From Styela clava (lineage: Eukaryota), in the NCBI RefSeq assembly GCF_964204865.1, contig NC_135263.1:15438001-15502000 (forward strand): DNA of 64,000 nt. The letters are read 5' to 3'. Shown here in pieces: positions 51,491 to 64,000 of this stretch (the stretch's first letter is position 1; the number at the start of each line of letters is the position of its first letter). The notes under the pieces are model-generated. The model saw only the letters and a list, made by a program, of their open reading frames with translations, ran no database searches and was not told the origin of the DNA. The position numbers were made by a program, and so were the translations under genes.

Positions 51491-54400
51491 TCATGTGATT
51501 CCAAACCTTATCTGTTAAACTTCTCCCTTATCAAATCTTTCAACCTTTTTATTCTTCCCCCACTATGCACAAAAACAAAAACTGTATTAATTGATTTCTT
51601 TAGATCTTTGTCTATTGCCCTAGTTGAAAAACCGATTTTGTACAGTTCCAGTATTTTCTAATTGTATGTGTGCATTGTATTATAAGAGGCAGAGCGAACT
51701 TTGGGAAACCAGTAATGCTACAGAAAATACAAAGCCGATTCCTCCTCAAAAGGACAAAGTTACTCGCCAGGGATGAATTTTTTTCCAGTTTGGAAAACGT
51801 GCCCCCAATGAATGAGATATTTGTAGACAAATTACGTAATAAATAATACTATCTTTACCTATAGTATATGCTCAATCAGTCAATGCTCAATTGAAGCAAT
51901 TCGTTCATTTTTGTTAGAAAGACGCATTCGTAAAGCAGACTAAGTCCGTCAAAGACATGACTTTATGTTTTTTGCAGTAAATGCGCCAAAAATATATGAT
52001 CACAATGACTTAAGAAATTGTGATTGTAGTATTTTTTCAATCGGGCTAATATCATTAAGTACGAATGACTTGAAGATGAAAAAAATAAGGGAACTTAACA
52101 TAGAAATAAAAAGAAATTGGTATAAAATAGTAAAAGCAATTGATGCTTGCAATAAAATACCAAACATATTGGCAGAAAAAAATATAAGGTATTGCAGTTA
52201 CATATAAAATCGGAGAAAAAAATGCAATAGAATGATAAAAATATCATAAAACAATATGGTAGTATTCATGTTAGATGGGGCAATAATTTTTTGGTTCGAT
52301 AGATAATGTCAACATCTGTTCGGGACATTGATAACTTTTACATATCATATTAGTCTACAAGCTACCTGAACTATTCTCTTATTGCTCTAAATTAAAGAAA
52401 AAAATGACGAAATCGAAAAAAACATGATAAATATTCAGCGAATAACTAGGTTGCAAAGCAATTAAAGAAGTTAAAACCAAGGGTGTGCAACCTTTAATAC
52501 AGAAGGACCAGATAAAGATAACTGAGTAAAACTGCAGGTCGCACTTTCATTCAACATAGGCTTTCTGGTAATAGCAAGCCCAAAAGTTTTAGTTATTGAT
52601 GACATGGGTCACAAATTATGACTTGGTTTATCAGTGTCGGAATAAAGCCGGGTACCAACATAGGTGCAGCCAAAATTTTCGGTGAAATTAAAACAGACCA
52701 CCCAAAGTGCAATTCACGACGACGTGAGGCGTTTAATAAACTGAAAAGAATGCGTCGTTCACAGCGAAATTCCACAGTTACATGTAGCCCGTCTCTTATG
52801 TGCCGGGCGGTTTATGGTGAATATTTTGCAAGTCCTATTTCAAATATCGATCCTTAATCCGTAGTCAGCAGTACCCGCATTCGAAAATAGAACATTAGAA
52901 ATCGTGTAAAATAATTTTGAGAGAAGTGTAACTCGCAGATGTCAGTAGTGCCAAAATCGTTACAAAAGTACAAAAACACGCTCGCATGTAGCGCCGATCA
53001 AACGCATTAAATGTGAAACTATTACTTGGATTTTAATGTTAAACAAGTTGATTTTTAATTGCCATTCAATGATAATTAACATGCGTCGTGATTAGTGGTG
53101 GGCAAATAGTTTTTTTAGCCGAATTATTCGAATATTTTCAACGAACACAACACCAAATATTGAGTATTGTCATTTCAAACAACCGTGTTTGGAATGTCGG
53201 CCGCCGTAACGATCGCCGTGACAATTTTATTTTTCGGAATTTACTTGAAGACTGGAAACTTCGCAACAATGCAGCGATTTTTATTTCCTAATTTTGTCAT
53301 AATCCATGACCGCAGTGAATATTTTCGTCACCGCGATCCTTTCGGCGGCTTGACTTCCCAACTGATGATGATAAACTATATTAAAGTCCTTTTATTCACT
53401 AGTAAATATTAATTCTCATGCAACAGCGGATATCGCAGTTTGGTTTTTATTTTTTGGACAGAAATTTGATTTCACATCGGCGACGATGTCAAAGACAACT
53501 ATTAGGGAGTGCATTCACAACACAAATTAATTTTATGCTGCTTTTAATCTTTTTTGTAGGATTTGTATCACAGTTTGTAAATTAAGGTCCCAGTTTTAAG
53601 CGAACAGTATTACTGACCCCAGAATGCGATATTTTTGAAGCTGATAGTTGACTTTTTTATGCTTAATTTTATATCGTGTCCGTGTTACTTCCGTATTAAA
53701 TATTAATAATTAAAAACTCCGCAAATTGGTAATCTCTCTAATACTCATTGTTGAGAATTCACGTAACTCAGCTTTGGAATAAAACACTGATACTAAATAC
53801 TTGAATAAATCGGCAATAATGGCATTTCCACGTGGTCAAAATAATATTTTTCCCCGTCCCCAATATGTCGGAAAATTTCCATAGAATACAAAATTTACCA
53901 GTCGTACTTATCTGGTTCGACAATTCTAAATTTACAAAAACGGTGTTGGCGCGCTTTATTCAAAATTAGAAAATGAAAAATATGATAATTCTTACCCGTA
54001 AGTGGGACAAGTGGGACAAGACATTTTGGAGACTCCCCTCGGTATACCGCGAAAAACTTGTTCCCATTGAAATCTTCACTCAGTCTACTGTGTGCTGCTA
54101 TGCTGTTACGTTACCCGTAGTTACCTCATCGGTACTTAACGGTGCCCGGAGTCTCTTTTTTGTAACAGATTTGTTTTTTCGGACATTATTGTTTTTAATT
54201 ATATATATTGTTTGACTTCTTTCTATTCAACCTGAATCAAAGTTAGGTTTTTATCACGGGTGTAGCTGCCCGAGTTTCGCATCAAGTCCATCTTCAAGTT
54301 GGTGAATCACCTCCTAGGCATATTAGGCTGCAATATTTGATTTGACCTTAGGTTTGATATTAAAGGCGTTTAGACAAGACTTGCACATCAAGTGCAATAT

Positions 54401-56054
54401 AAATGTAAAGACCTGTTTTATGTCAATAGGTCTTCACTCCAAATGAAACATTGTGGTTATTATGTTTAAAATGCATAAGTTTTGTTACGACAAATTTAAA
54501 AAAATGTGCCATGTCTGGTCATCGAAGCCGTCGCTAACACCCATAGCAATCGCTAAGTAGCTTAAAGATGTTTTATCGTTGTTCTTTATTTTGTATATAT
54601 GGATTTTTGCGTTGTCTCTTTGTTGCCCAAGTTTACAGTTTGGTATTTTAACGTCACAGACATAAAAAAAAATGTAGGTCTAACTCAAGCAAAAGTTATG
54701 AGACCTCTCCATGAAACCAGTCGTACATTCTGATCATTTGTGTTCATCAATCAATCAAACAAAACACACAAATACAAAAAAACTTTTATATTGTTGAACG
54801 ATGACATTGTTCAGTCCTGAATTGCTTTGAAAAAAATCTTACATGTTATCCGCATATTATAACGAAGTAATGACATTTTGCCAACTAGGTTTTTTTGTGT
54901 TCCAAGAATTAAAAACAATATGAGTTGTTGTTCGGATGAAAAATCTCCAAACGCAGCCTTTTCCTGGGCGTCATTTAGTCTGTATTGTAAACCTATTGAA
55001 AGCATTAAAGAAACGCACGACTGCCGAAATGGAGCGAAATCTACTGAACCTGAAAAATTTGAAGGAGCAAGGACCTATTAATAACTCGATAGCAAACCAT
55101 TATTTGGAAATGCATTTTTTGTAAGGTGATTGAGGCTGCAAAAATTTTTGCCTCTGTCATTCTTTGCAGGCAATTAGAAGGTGAATCAAAATCAGCTGAA
55201 CCTGAAAAATCAAAAACTTTACAGGAAACCATTATTTTCAAAACTGCATTTTTTAATGTAATTGAGAATTGAGAAAATTTTCGCGTTTGTCATTCGTTAC
55301 AGGCAATGAGAAGGTGCATCACGAAATAGCTTAAGTCAATCTTGAAACTTTTTTTTATAGTTGAGTTAAATTGTGTAATGTCGACTAATGAACAATTGTG
55401 ATTGCTCGTGGAATACTAATACTGCAATACTTGGTATGCTATTTGCCTAAATGCCAGGCAGTTGTTTGTGATATAAATAGTCAAAGGTTTAAATACGCTC
55501 GTGAGTGCAATATAAAAAAGCATAATGTAAAATCTTTGGACCCAGCGTTGATATTTTAGAACCCGGTGCTGACTGGAACTCACGCTGATAAAAGAGTTCT
55601 TTGGGATGTTGGCGCAATTTTATGAGTTATTCTTTCGCACCGAAGTAGGAGGGGATTGTATGTATCTAACAGTTTCAAATAATGAGCATAAATCATCTGA
55701 ATTTTTGCTATATACATTAATTAAGATATTGCTAAATATTCAAATTTTGTCTATATATATATTCTCATATGTATTGTATTGTATATGTATATATATATAT
55801 TCTCATATATATATACTTCGAAGCACCGAGCACATTGCTAAGATTCTTATATTAAACAAAACAGAAAAATAAGACAGAAAAGTTTTATATAATGTGTATT
55901 CATGTTGAGTGCAGTTTTGTATTCCTAAAAAAGTTGACTTCAACTACATCAATATTGGATAAAAATATGATTTGATTTGTTGTTTTCTTTCTTTTTAAAT
56001 TATTTTTATATTCACAAGCCTATATAAAATAGAATCATCAGATAGCTCTGCATC

Positions 56055-58472
56055 ATGTTAACGATAAAAACGCTTGGTCTGCTTTTGCTTGTTAGCTGGT
56101 CAAATGCATTTGATGATACTCCAGCTTGCACACAAATTGAAAACTTATTTCAAACACTTTGTGCCCGAGACGGGTCACATACATCAATCGGAATGGAAAC
56201 ATCTCAAGGTTATCCGGGGAAGAAAGGGCCAGTTGGAGAGAAAGTTGAAATAGGGCGCCCTGGACCTGTCGGACCTCCGGCTACTGTGAATTACGAACGC
56301 ATCGAAACTGAAATAGACGAGAAGATTGCGCCAGGTAAGATGATTTTTCAGTTGGCCATACGAATAAAATCGTGAAAGACACTGTTCCTATGGTCGAATA
56401 TGAAAGGGCTCGACTCTTCGAAAATCCGTATTGCTTAACTTGTTATTATTTTCAAAACTGAACTCATAATAATGCCGTTTGATTTTCGACATTATACACA
56501 TCTGCAACATATCCACTTTCTAAAATAATTTAGCACAATTATAGACTATAACACGTAGAGCATTTTTCATTTTACATTTTGTAAGCTGTTGACTTCATCT
56601 TGTTTAAAAATATTTACACCCCTTTTAGTTATCAGTCAATCAGCTGCAAACAACAACACCCTCACTTTGGTGATTGAAAAATTGGAGGAACGAATAAAGA
56701 TTTTAGAAAGCAGAGAAGGTATGCAGAAAAACACAACAGTAATCTTTAAAATCGTATAGAACTCCGTTCATGTAGACTTCGGTCAATAAAAAAGGCAATC
56801 GAAAATTCGTCTGATGTATAATCTTTGTAGTAATAAACATCGATTCTTTGTTACTCCCGTAGTGTGTGTACCAGGTTAGGGTTAGGGCATAATTTTATTT
56901 CGATTTTCATTATTTTAGTTCTATTACGACTGTCTGTGTTAGCCAAGTGAATATTTCCCCTATCCGTAGGTTTCAGTCCGTTTACACAACTTGATGAAAA
57001 GTAGGCGAACAAAATTAGTTATCGCCATTTTGTGACACATACTTCTGGGCTCTGGCGCACCGATTCTTTTACATAAGCTCATGCCCGCTTTTACCTCGCC
57101 GAGAGTATATATATAATTCAGCTTAACAGACAAATTAACACATGTATTTTCCTATGTTATTCAGGAGCGTGTGAAATAAAGTTCGATGGAAAATGCTACT
57201 GGGTAGAGAGTATTGATCATTTTTTTTTACTGGCTATGATAGATGGGTCGTAATATGTGCGGAACGGAATGGCTCACCAGAAAATATTTATTCCGAGAAA
57301 CATTACGAAGTGATCATGCGATACCTTCGAGTGAAAATATTGGCAAAGAGGGATGTGATTACCCTATGGGTCGGAATGCAAACAAACCCAGCTGTAAGTA
57401 TATTTCTATTTTTTTTTCATTTCAAATTGTTAAAAATGTTTTAACAAAGTCTGCATTTGTAACAATATTTTACGTTTCTTGAGTCCGACTCCGTTGCTAT
57501 CCGAAACTGCGCTTCCATTCGTATCAGCTTCAAAGTCTCTATCAAACGTGCAAAATATTTGTTGTATATTGTATTAAAATCAGCAATGGTGAAACAGTAC
57601 AAAATAGATAATAAAACACAAAAACAACGTAACTTAGTTGAGGTATCTTGTTAGGAGCGGTTGAGTTACGTGTGCTCCAAAGAGTGCGCGTAATGGGGTC
57701 ACATGACCTGGGCCTAGGTATCGCTATATTGATAATCTTGACCTGAGAATCGGTTTGCAATTTTGCATTCATTTTCTTATTGTTACCGTATGAAAGAAAA
57801 TCGCTTTTCCTCCTTTAACTACCGGAGCAAATGCTTTTTGATTGAATATTGTAGTTGTTGCTAAAAGTATTACTGTTATTCATTCCTAAATTTTCTATGA
57901 ATCCTATGAAGTCTGATATGTCATTCAAAATTTCGCTGTATTATTTTTTTTTAATAAGAACGCGACTTTTATTCTGTCAAACGTGATGGCTGAATTCTGT
58001 TTTGTGGACTATAGGTACTAAAAAGCGGCAAACTACCTCGTTTTAGCCTTCGTGCTAATATATATTCATACATCGGTCTCTTGTTGTTTACTGTTGGAGA
58101 TATATTAAACGAGCGTTTGGAGAATACCAATTTAATAATTTTTGATCACATTGTAAGAATGTCCAGGATGCCACACGTATATTGAGGCAAAATATTTTGT
58201 ATTTTCTCTCGTCACTAATTCCATGTTATGAAATGAAAAAAGGCTTGGCTTTATTGCAGGAAACAATGTTCTTTTCTTTACAGACTGGAATCGTGACACT
58301 TTCCGATGGAAGTCGAGCTACATTTATAAAATGGTATCTTGGATATCCTTCTAAAGATTCTGCTTATACGCACATGGCAATTGATCAAAGAGCCCCATCA
58401 AGTCGTAGCGACATTGGTATTCACAACTGGCCACCAACGCCCGGCAGAGGAGGCGTATTATGTGAATTATAG
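56055..58472 (+). pseudogene. Collectin-like copy 7, frameshifted (exons 56055-56334, 56629-56718, 57165-57393, 58284-58472)
   Basis: Exon 3 is 229 nt rather than 227 because of +2 nt in a T run at about 57220-57228, giving TAA at 57251-57253. There is also a Gly-to-Val break in the collagen (GEKVEI). Confidence 0.75.
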
Positions 58473-60659
58473 AGCAATAACAACGCTTCAGATAATTTTT
58501 TTGACACGGAAATACATTGTATTTTTTATCTATCTCTAGGAGGCATTTTTCTTGAAGCTCATGCTTCAACAATCTCTTTGAAATGTTATATGAAATATTT
58601 CCAAATGTATAAAGGTAACCAAGTCTAATTTTAACGATGTAGAAAACCAGCTCACAACAAATAATTCAGTATCACACACCAGAACGCGAGTTTAGAATCT
58701 TATTGTGTACACCAAATGAATTGACGCTTCTAAGCAATCTTAATATTGGAAATATCACAAACGGACCTTGCCAAATCACTTCAAAGGCTAAATAGAAATC
58801 TTCTGAGAACCACCTCTCTCACCAAGAGCATCCCAAGCACTACCTCACAAGCATAAAATCTACAAAGAAATGCAGTGAGAATGGAATGAAAAAGCCATGT
58901 CCCAGACGTCTTGATTTTATTTGATACCACAGTGATCTTTGACCTGTTTTACATAATTAGACTTGGAGGGAATTGATTAACAGTGTAAACAAAATGGTTA
59001 AACATTAGTTTTAGGATAGCATAGCATCCCTGACAAAACGATAGCAGTAGCGAGCTAGATTTAAGATGGATCTAAGCTTTTTTGAAGTATTTGGAAAAGG
59101 GAACTTGTTGATTGCTTCAACCTTTGAACCTAAAAAATCTAGCTTTTGTTTACCGAACTCGCATTTATTCGAAACAAGTCCGTATTTTTGAAAGCTTAAG
59201 TAAAATTGTCCCATTGCTTGGCGATGTTGTCAGTTCCGATTGCGTTCAATATATCGTTTAAGAATACGACTATATTTTTCAAACCGGAAGTTACTTTCGA
59301 CAGAAAACGAGAAAATGATAAACAGACGAAATTGTAGGATTAATGGTTCAAACGGTACTCCCGTAGTATGTGTAACAGGTTAGGGTTGGGCCATAATTTT
59401 ATTCCGATTTTACTTATTTTTGTTCTATCACGAGTTAGGGGACTGTCGGTGTTAGCCAAGTGAATATACCCCATGTCCATAGGCTTCATTCCCTTCACAC
59501 AACTTGATGTAAATTAGGCAAACAAAATCAGTTACCTCCATATCTGTACACATACTAATGGTCGCAGAGTTAAAAGTAGAGTGCCAGAATTCGAAACCTC
59601 AAAGGTCAGAACGTGGCGAACGAGTTATGCGACCAATCAACAGCTAAAGCGACCCTGACCTAGGTGTCGCTATAAGTCTTTTGTGTATTTTGCAACCGAA
59701 AAAGCGGATTCCGCACTACTGATTTAATCAGTGGATATGCGCATATACTGCAAACGTGCAAGCATTACGATGTCTTTGAACCTGAGTGAAATGTCTGAGA
59801 TTGCTTTACGTCCGTAGGTTACATGACGTCCAATAGTGTTCTTACTTTTGCAATATCGTTGCTTAAAAACAAAATGTCGTGAATTAAGATGAATCACCTT
59901 TATTTCTGCAACTTTACCGCAAGGCGAGTCTATTCATGTTAATATTTCATGTTTGCTCAATATATATTCGATATGCTCGGTATACCGCGAAAAAATTCGT
60001 TCCAACTTAAATCTTCACTTAGTCTGCTGTGTGCTGCCATGCTGTTACGTTACCCGTTGGTTACCTCACCGGTCCTTGTCGGTGTCCGGATTCTCTTTTT
60101 TGTAACGGATTTGTTTTTCGGACATTAATGTTTTTAATTATATATATTGTTTGACTTCTTTCTATTCAATCTGTATCAAAGTTAGACTTTTATCACGGGT
60201 GTCGCTTCGCGATGTTCGCATCAAGTGTATTTTCAGTTTGGTGAATTGTCTCCTGGGCATATTGGGCTGCAATATTTGACCGTGAGTTTGATATTTTCAA
60301 TTTAGACAAGACGTGCACACCGAGTGCAATATACATGTAAAGACTTGTTATATGTCAATATGTCTTCGCCCTGAATAAATAAAAAAAAATGATGATTATC
60401 GTGTCTAAAAATGCATTAGTTTTGTTATGACAAATTTGAAAAGTGTGTGGAGGTGTGCCATGTCTGGTCATCGAAGCTTTGCTAACACTCATAGCAATAG
60501 CTAAGTAGCTTAGGTGTTCATCGTTGTTCGGTATTTTGTATATATAGATTTTTGAGTCGTCTCTTTGTTGCCCAAGTTTACAGTTTGGTATTATAATGTC
60601 ACAGACAAAAATGTAGGCTTAACTTAAGCAAAAGTTATGAGACCTCTCCAGGAAACCAA

Positions 60660-63600
60660 ATTACGTAATAAATAATACTATCTTTACCTATAGTATATGC
60701 TCAATCAGTCAATGCTCAATTGAAGCAATTCGTTCATTTTTGTTAGAAAGACGCATTCGTAAAGCAGACTAATTCCGTCAAAGACATGACTTTATGTTTT
60801 TTGCAGTGAATGCGCCAAAAATATATGATCACAATGACTTAAGAAATTGTGATTGTAGTATTTTTTCAATCGGGCTAATATCATTAAGTACGAATGACTT
60901 GAAGATGAAAAAAATAAGGGAACTTAACATAGAAATAAAAGAAATTGGTATAAAATAGTAAAAGCAATTGATGCTTGCAATAAAATACCAAACATATTGG
61001 CAGAAAAAAATATAAGGTATTGCAGTTACATATAAAATCGGAGAAAAAAATGCAATAGAATGATAAAAATATCATAAAATAATATGGTAGTATTCATGTT
61101 AGATGGGGCAATAATTTTTTGGTTCGATAGATAATGTCAACATCTGTTCGGGACATTGATAACTTTTACATATCATATTAGTCTACAAGCTACCTGAACT
61201 ATTCTCTTATTGCTCTAAATTAAAGAAAAAAATGACGAAATCGAAAAAAACATGATAAATATTCAGCGAATAACTAGGTTGCAAAGCAATTAAAGAAGTT
61301 AAAACCAAGGGTGTGCAACCTTTAATACAGAAGGACCAGATAAAGATAACTGAGTAAAACTGCAGGTCGCACTTTCATTCAACATAGGCTTTCTGGTAAT
61401 AGCAAGCCCAAAAGTTTTAGTTATTGATGACATGGGTCACAAATTATGACTTGGTTTATCAGTGTCGGAATAAAGCCGGGTACCAACATAGGTGCAGCCA
61501 AAATTTTCGGTGAAATTAAAACAGACCACCCAAAGTGCAATTCACGACGACGTGAGGCGTTTAATAAACTGAAAAGAATGCGTCGTTCACAGCGAAATTC
61601 CACAGTTACATGTAGCCCGTCTCTTATGTGCCGGGCGGTTTATGGTGAATATTTTGCAAGTCCTATTTCAAATATCGATCCTTAATCCGTAGTCAGCAGT
61701 ACCCGCATTCGAAAATAGAACATTAGAAATCGTGTAAAATAATTTTGAGAGAAGTGTAACTCGCGGATGTCAGTAGTGCCAAAATCGTTACAAAAGTACA
61801 AAAACACGCTCGCATGTAGCGCCGATCAAACGCATTAAATGTGAAACTATTACTTGGATTTTAATGTTAAACAAGTTGATTTTTAATTGCCATTCAATGA
61901 TAATTAACATGCGTCGTGATTAGTGGTGGGCAAATAGTTTTTTTAGCCGAATTATTCGAATATTTTCAACGAACACAACACCAAATATTGAGTATTGTCA
62001 TTTCAAACAACCGTGTTTGGAATGTCGGCCGCCGTAACGATCGCCGTGACAATTTTATTTTTCGGAATTTACTTGAAGACTGGAAACTTCGCAACAATGC
62101 AGCGATTTTTATTTCCTAATTTTGTCATAATCCATGAAAAATGAAAAATATGATAATTCTTACCCGTAAGTGGGACAAGTGGGACAAGACATTTTGGAGA
62201 CTCCCCTCGGTATACCGCGAAAAACTTGTTCCCATTGAAATCTTCACTCAGTCTACTGTGTGCTGCTATGCTGTTACGTTACCCGTAGTTACCTCATCGG
62301 TACTTAACGGTGCCCGGAGTCTCTTTTTTGTAACAGATTTGTTTTTTCGGACATTATTGTTTTTAATTATATATATTGTTTGACTTCTTTCTATTCAACC
62401 TGAATCAAAGTTAGGTTTTTATCACGGGTGTAGCTGCCCGAGTTTCGCATCAAGTCTATCTTCAAGTTGGTGAATCACCTCCTAGGCATATTAGGCTGCA
62501 ATATTTGATTTGACCTTAGGTTTGATATTAAAGGCGTTTAGACAAGACTTGCACATCAAGTGCAATATAAATGTAAAGACCTGTTTTATGTCAATAGGTC
62601 TTCACTCCAAATGAAACATTGTGGTTATTATGTTTAAAATGCATAAGTTTTGTTACGACAAATTTAAAAAAATGTGCCATGTCTGGTCATCGAAGCCGTC
62701 GCTAACACCCATAGCAATCGCTAAGTAGCTTAAAGATGTTTTATCGTTGTTCTTTATTTTGTATATATGGATTTTTGCGTTGTCTCTTTGTTGCCCAAGT
62801 TTACAGTTTGGTATTTTAACGTCACAGACATAAAAAAAAATGTAGGTCTAACTCAAGCAAAAGTTATGAGACCTCTCCATGAAACCAGTCGTACATTCTG
62901 ATCATTTGTGTTCATCAATCAATCAAACAAAACACACAAATACAAAAAAACTTTTATATTGTTGAACGATGACATTGTTCAGTCCTGAATTGCTTTGAAA
63001 AAAATCTTACATGTTATCCGCATATTATAACGAAGTAATGACATTTTGCCAACTAGGTTTTTTTGTGTTCTAAGAATTAAAAACAATATGAGTTGTTGTT
63101 CGGATGAAAAATCTCCAAACGCAGCCTTTTCCTGGGCGTCATTTAGTCTGTATTGTAAACCTATTAAAAGCATTAAAGAAACTCACGACTGCCGAAATGG
63201 AGCGAAATCTACTGAACCTGAAAAATTTGAAGGAGCAAGGACCTATTAATAACTCGATAGCAAACCATTATTTGGAAATGCATTTTTTGTAAGGTGATTG
63301 AGGCTGCAAAAATTTTTGCCTCTGTCATTCTTTGCAGGCAATTAGAAGGTGAATCAAAATCAGCTGAACCTGAAAAATCAAAAACTTTACAGGAAACCAT
63401 TATTTTCAAAACTGCATTTTTTAATGTAATTGAGAATTGAGAAAATTTTCGCGTTTGTCATTCGTTACAGGCAATGAGAAGGTGCATCACGAAATAGCTT
63501 AAGTCAATCTTGAAACTTTTTTTTATAGTTGAGTTAAATTGTGTAATGTCGACTAATGAACAATTGTGATTGCTCGTGGAATACTAATACTGCAATACTT

Positions 63601-64000
63601 GGTATGCTATTTGCCTAAATGCCAGGCAGTTGTTTGTGATATAAATAGTCAAAGGTTTAAATACGCTCGTGAGTGCAATATAAAAAAGCATAATGTAAAA
63701 TCTTTGGACCCAGCGTTGATATTTTAGAACCCGGTGCTGACTGGAACTCACGCTGATAAAAGAGTTCTTTGGGATGTTGGCGCAATTTTATGAGTTATTC
63801 TTTCGCACCGAAGTAGGAGGGGATTGTATGTATCTAACAGTTTCAAATAATGAGCATAAATCATCTGAATTTTTGCTATATACATTAATTGAGATATTGC
63901 TAAATATTCAAATTTTGTCTATATATATATTCTCATATGTATTGTATTGTATATGTATATATATATATTCTCATATATATATACTTCGAAGCACCGAGCA
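60660..64000 (+). repeat. Near-identical duplicate of 51831-55831 with an internal deletion of about 660 bp; upstream region of a probable copy 8
   Basis: 60660-62136 matches 51831-53308 and 62137-64000 matches 53969-55831; identical ORF translations recur in the ORF track. Confidence 0.92.

Noticed and set aside
52593-53412. Short ORFs repeated at 61421-62119
   Set aside because: Their identity reflects recent duplication; there are no recognisable domains or splice structure.

Overview
AT-rich eukaryotic DNA with GT-AG spliceosomal introns. An ascidian/invertebrate chordate origin is inferred from the protein architecture and repeat types, but is not proven. The window is dominated by a head-to-tail (+ strand) array of 4-exon collectin-like genes. 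Exons are 280/90/227/189 nt with intron phases 1/1/0, encoding about 261 aa: signal peptide, N-terminal C-x10-C, 8 Gly-X-Y triplets, coiled-coil neck and a non-canonical C-type lectin-like domain (CTLD). ATGs lie at 8259, 16498, 25760, 32111, 38938, 45782 and 56055. The last copy is frameshifted, and the upstream region of a probable eighth copy runs off the window end. There are also two orphan, spliceable duplicates of the last exon, one inverted gene fragment, a near-identical 8.24-kb tandem duplication and at least two mosaic (recombinant) copies. Paralogue differences cluster in the predicted ligand-binding loops of a CTLD that lacks the EPN/QPD and WND motifs. Spacers are built from co-amplified decayed Ty3/gypsy and probable piggyBac remnants plus several MITEs (hAT-Charlie/SPIN, Merlin-like, Tc1/pogo-like, long-TIR).
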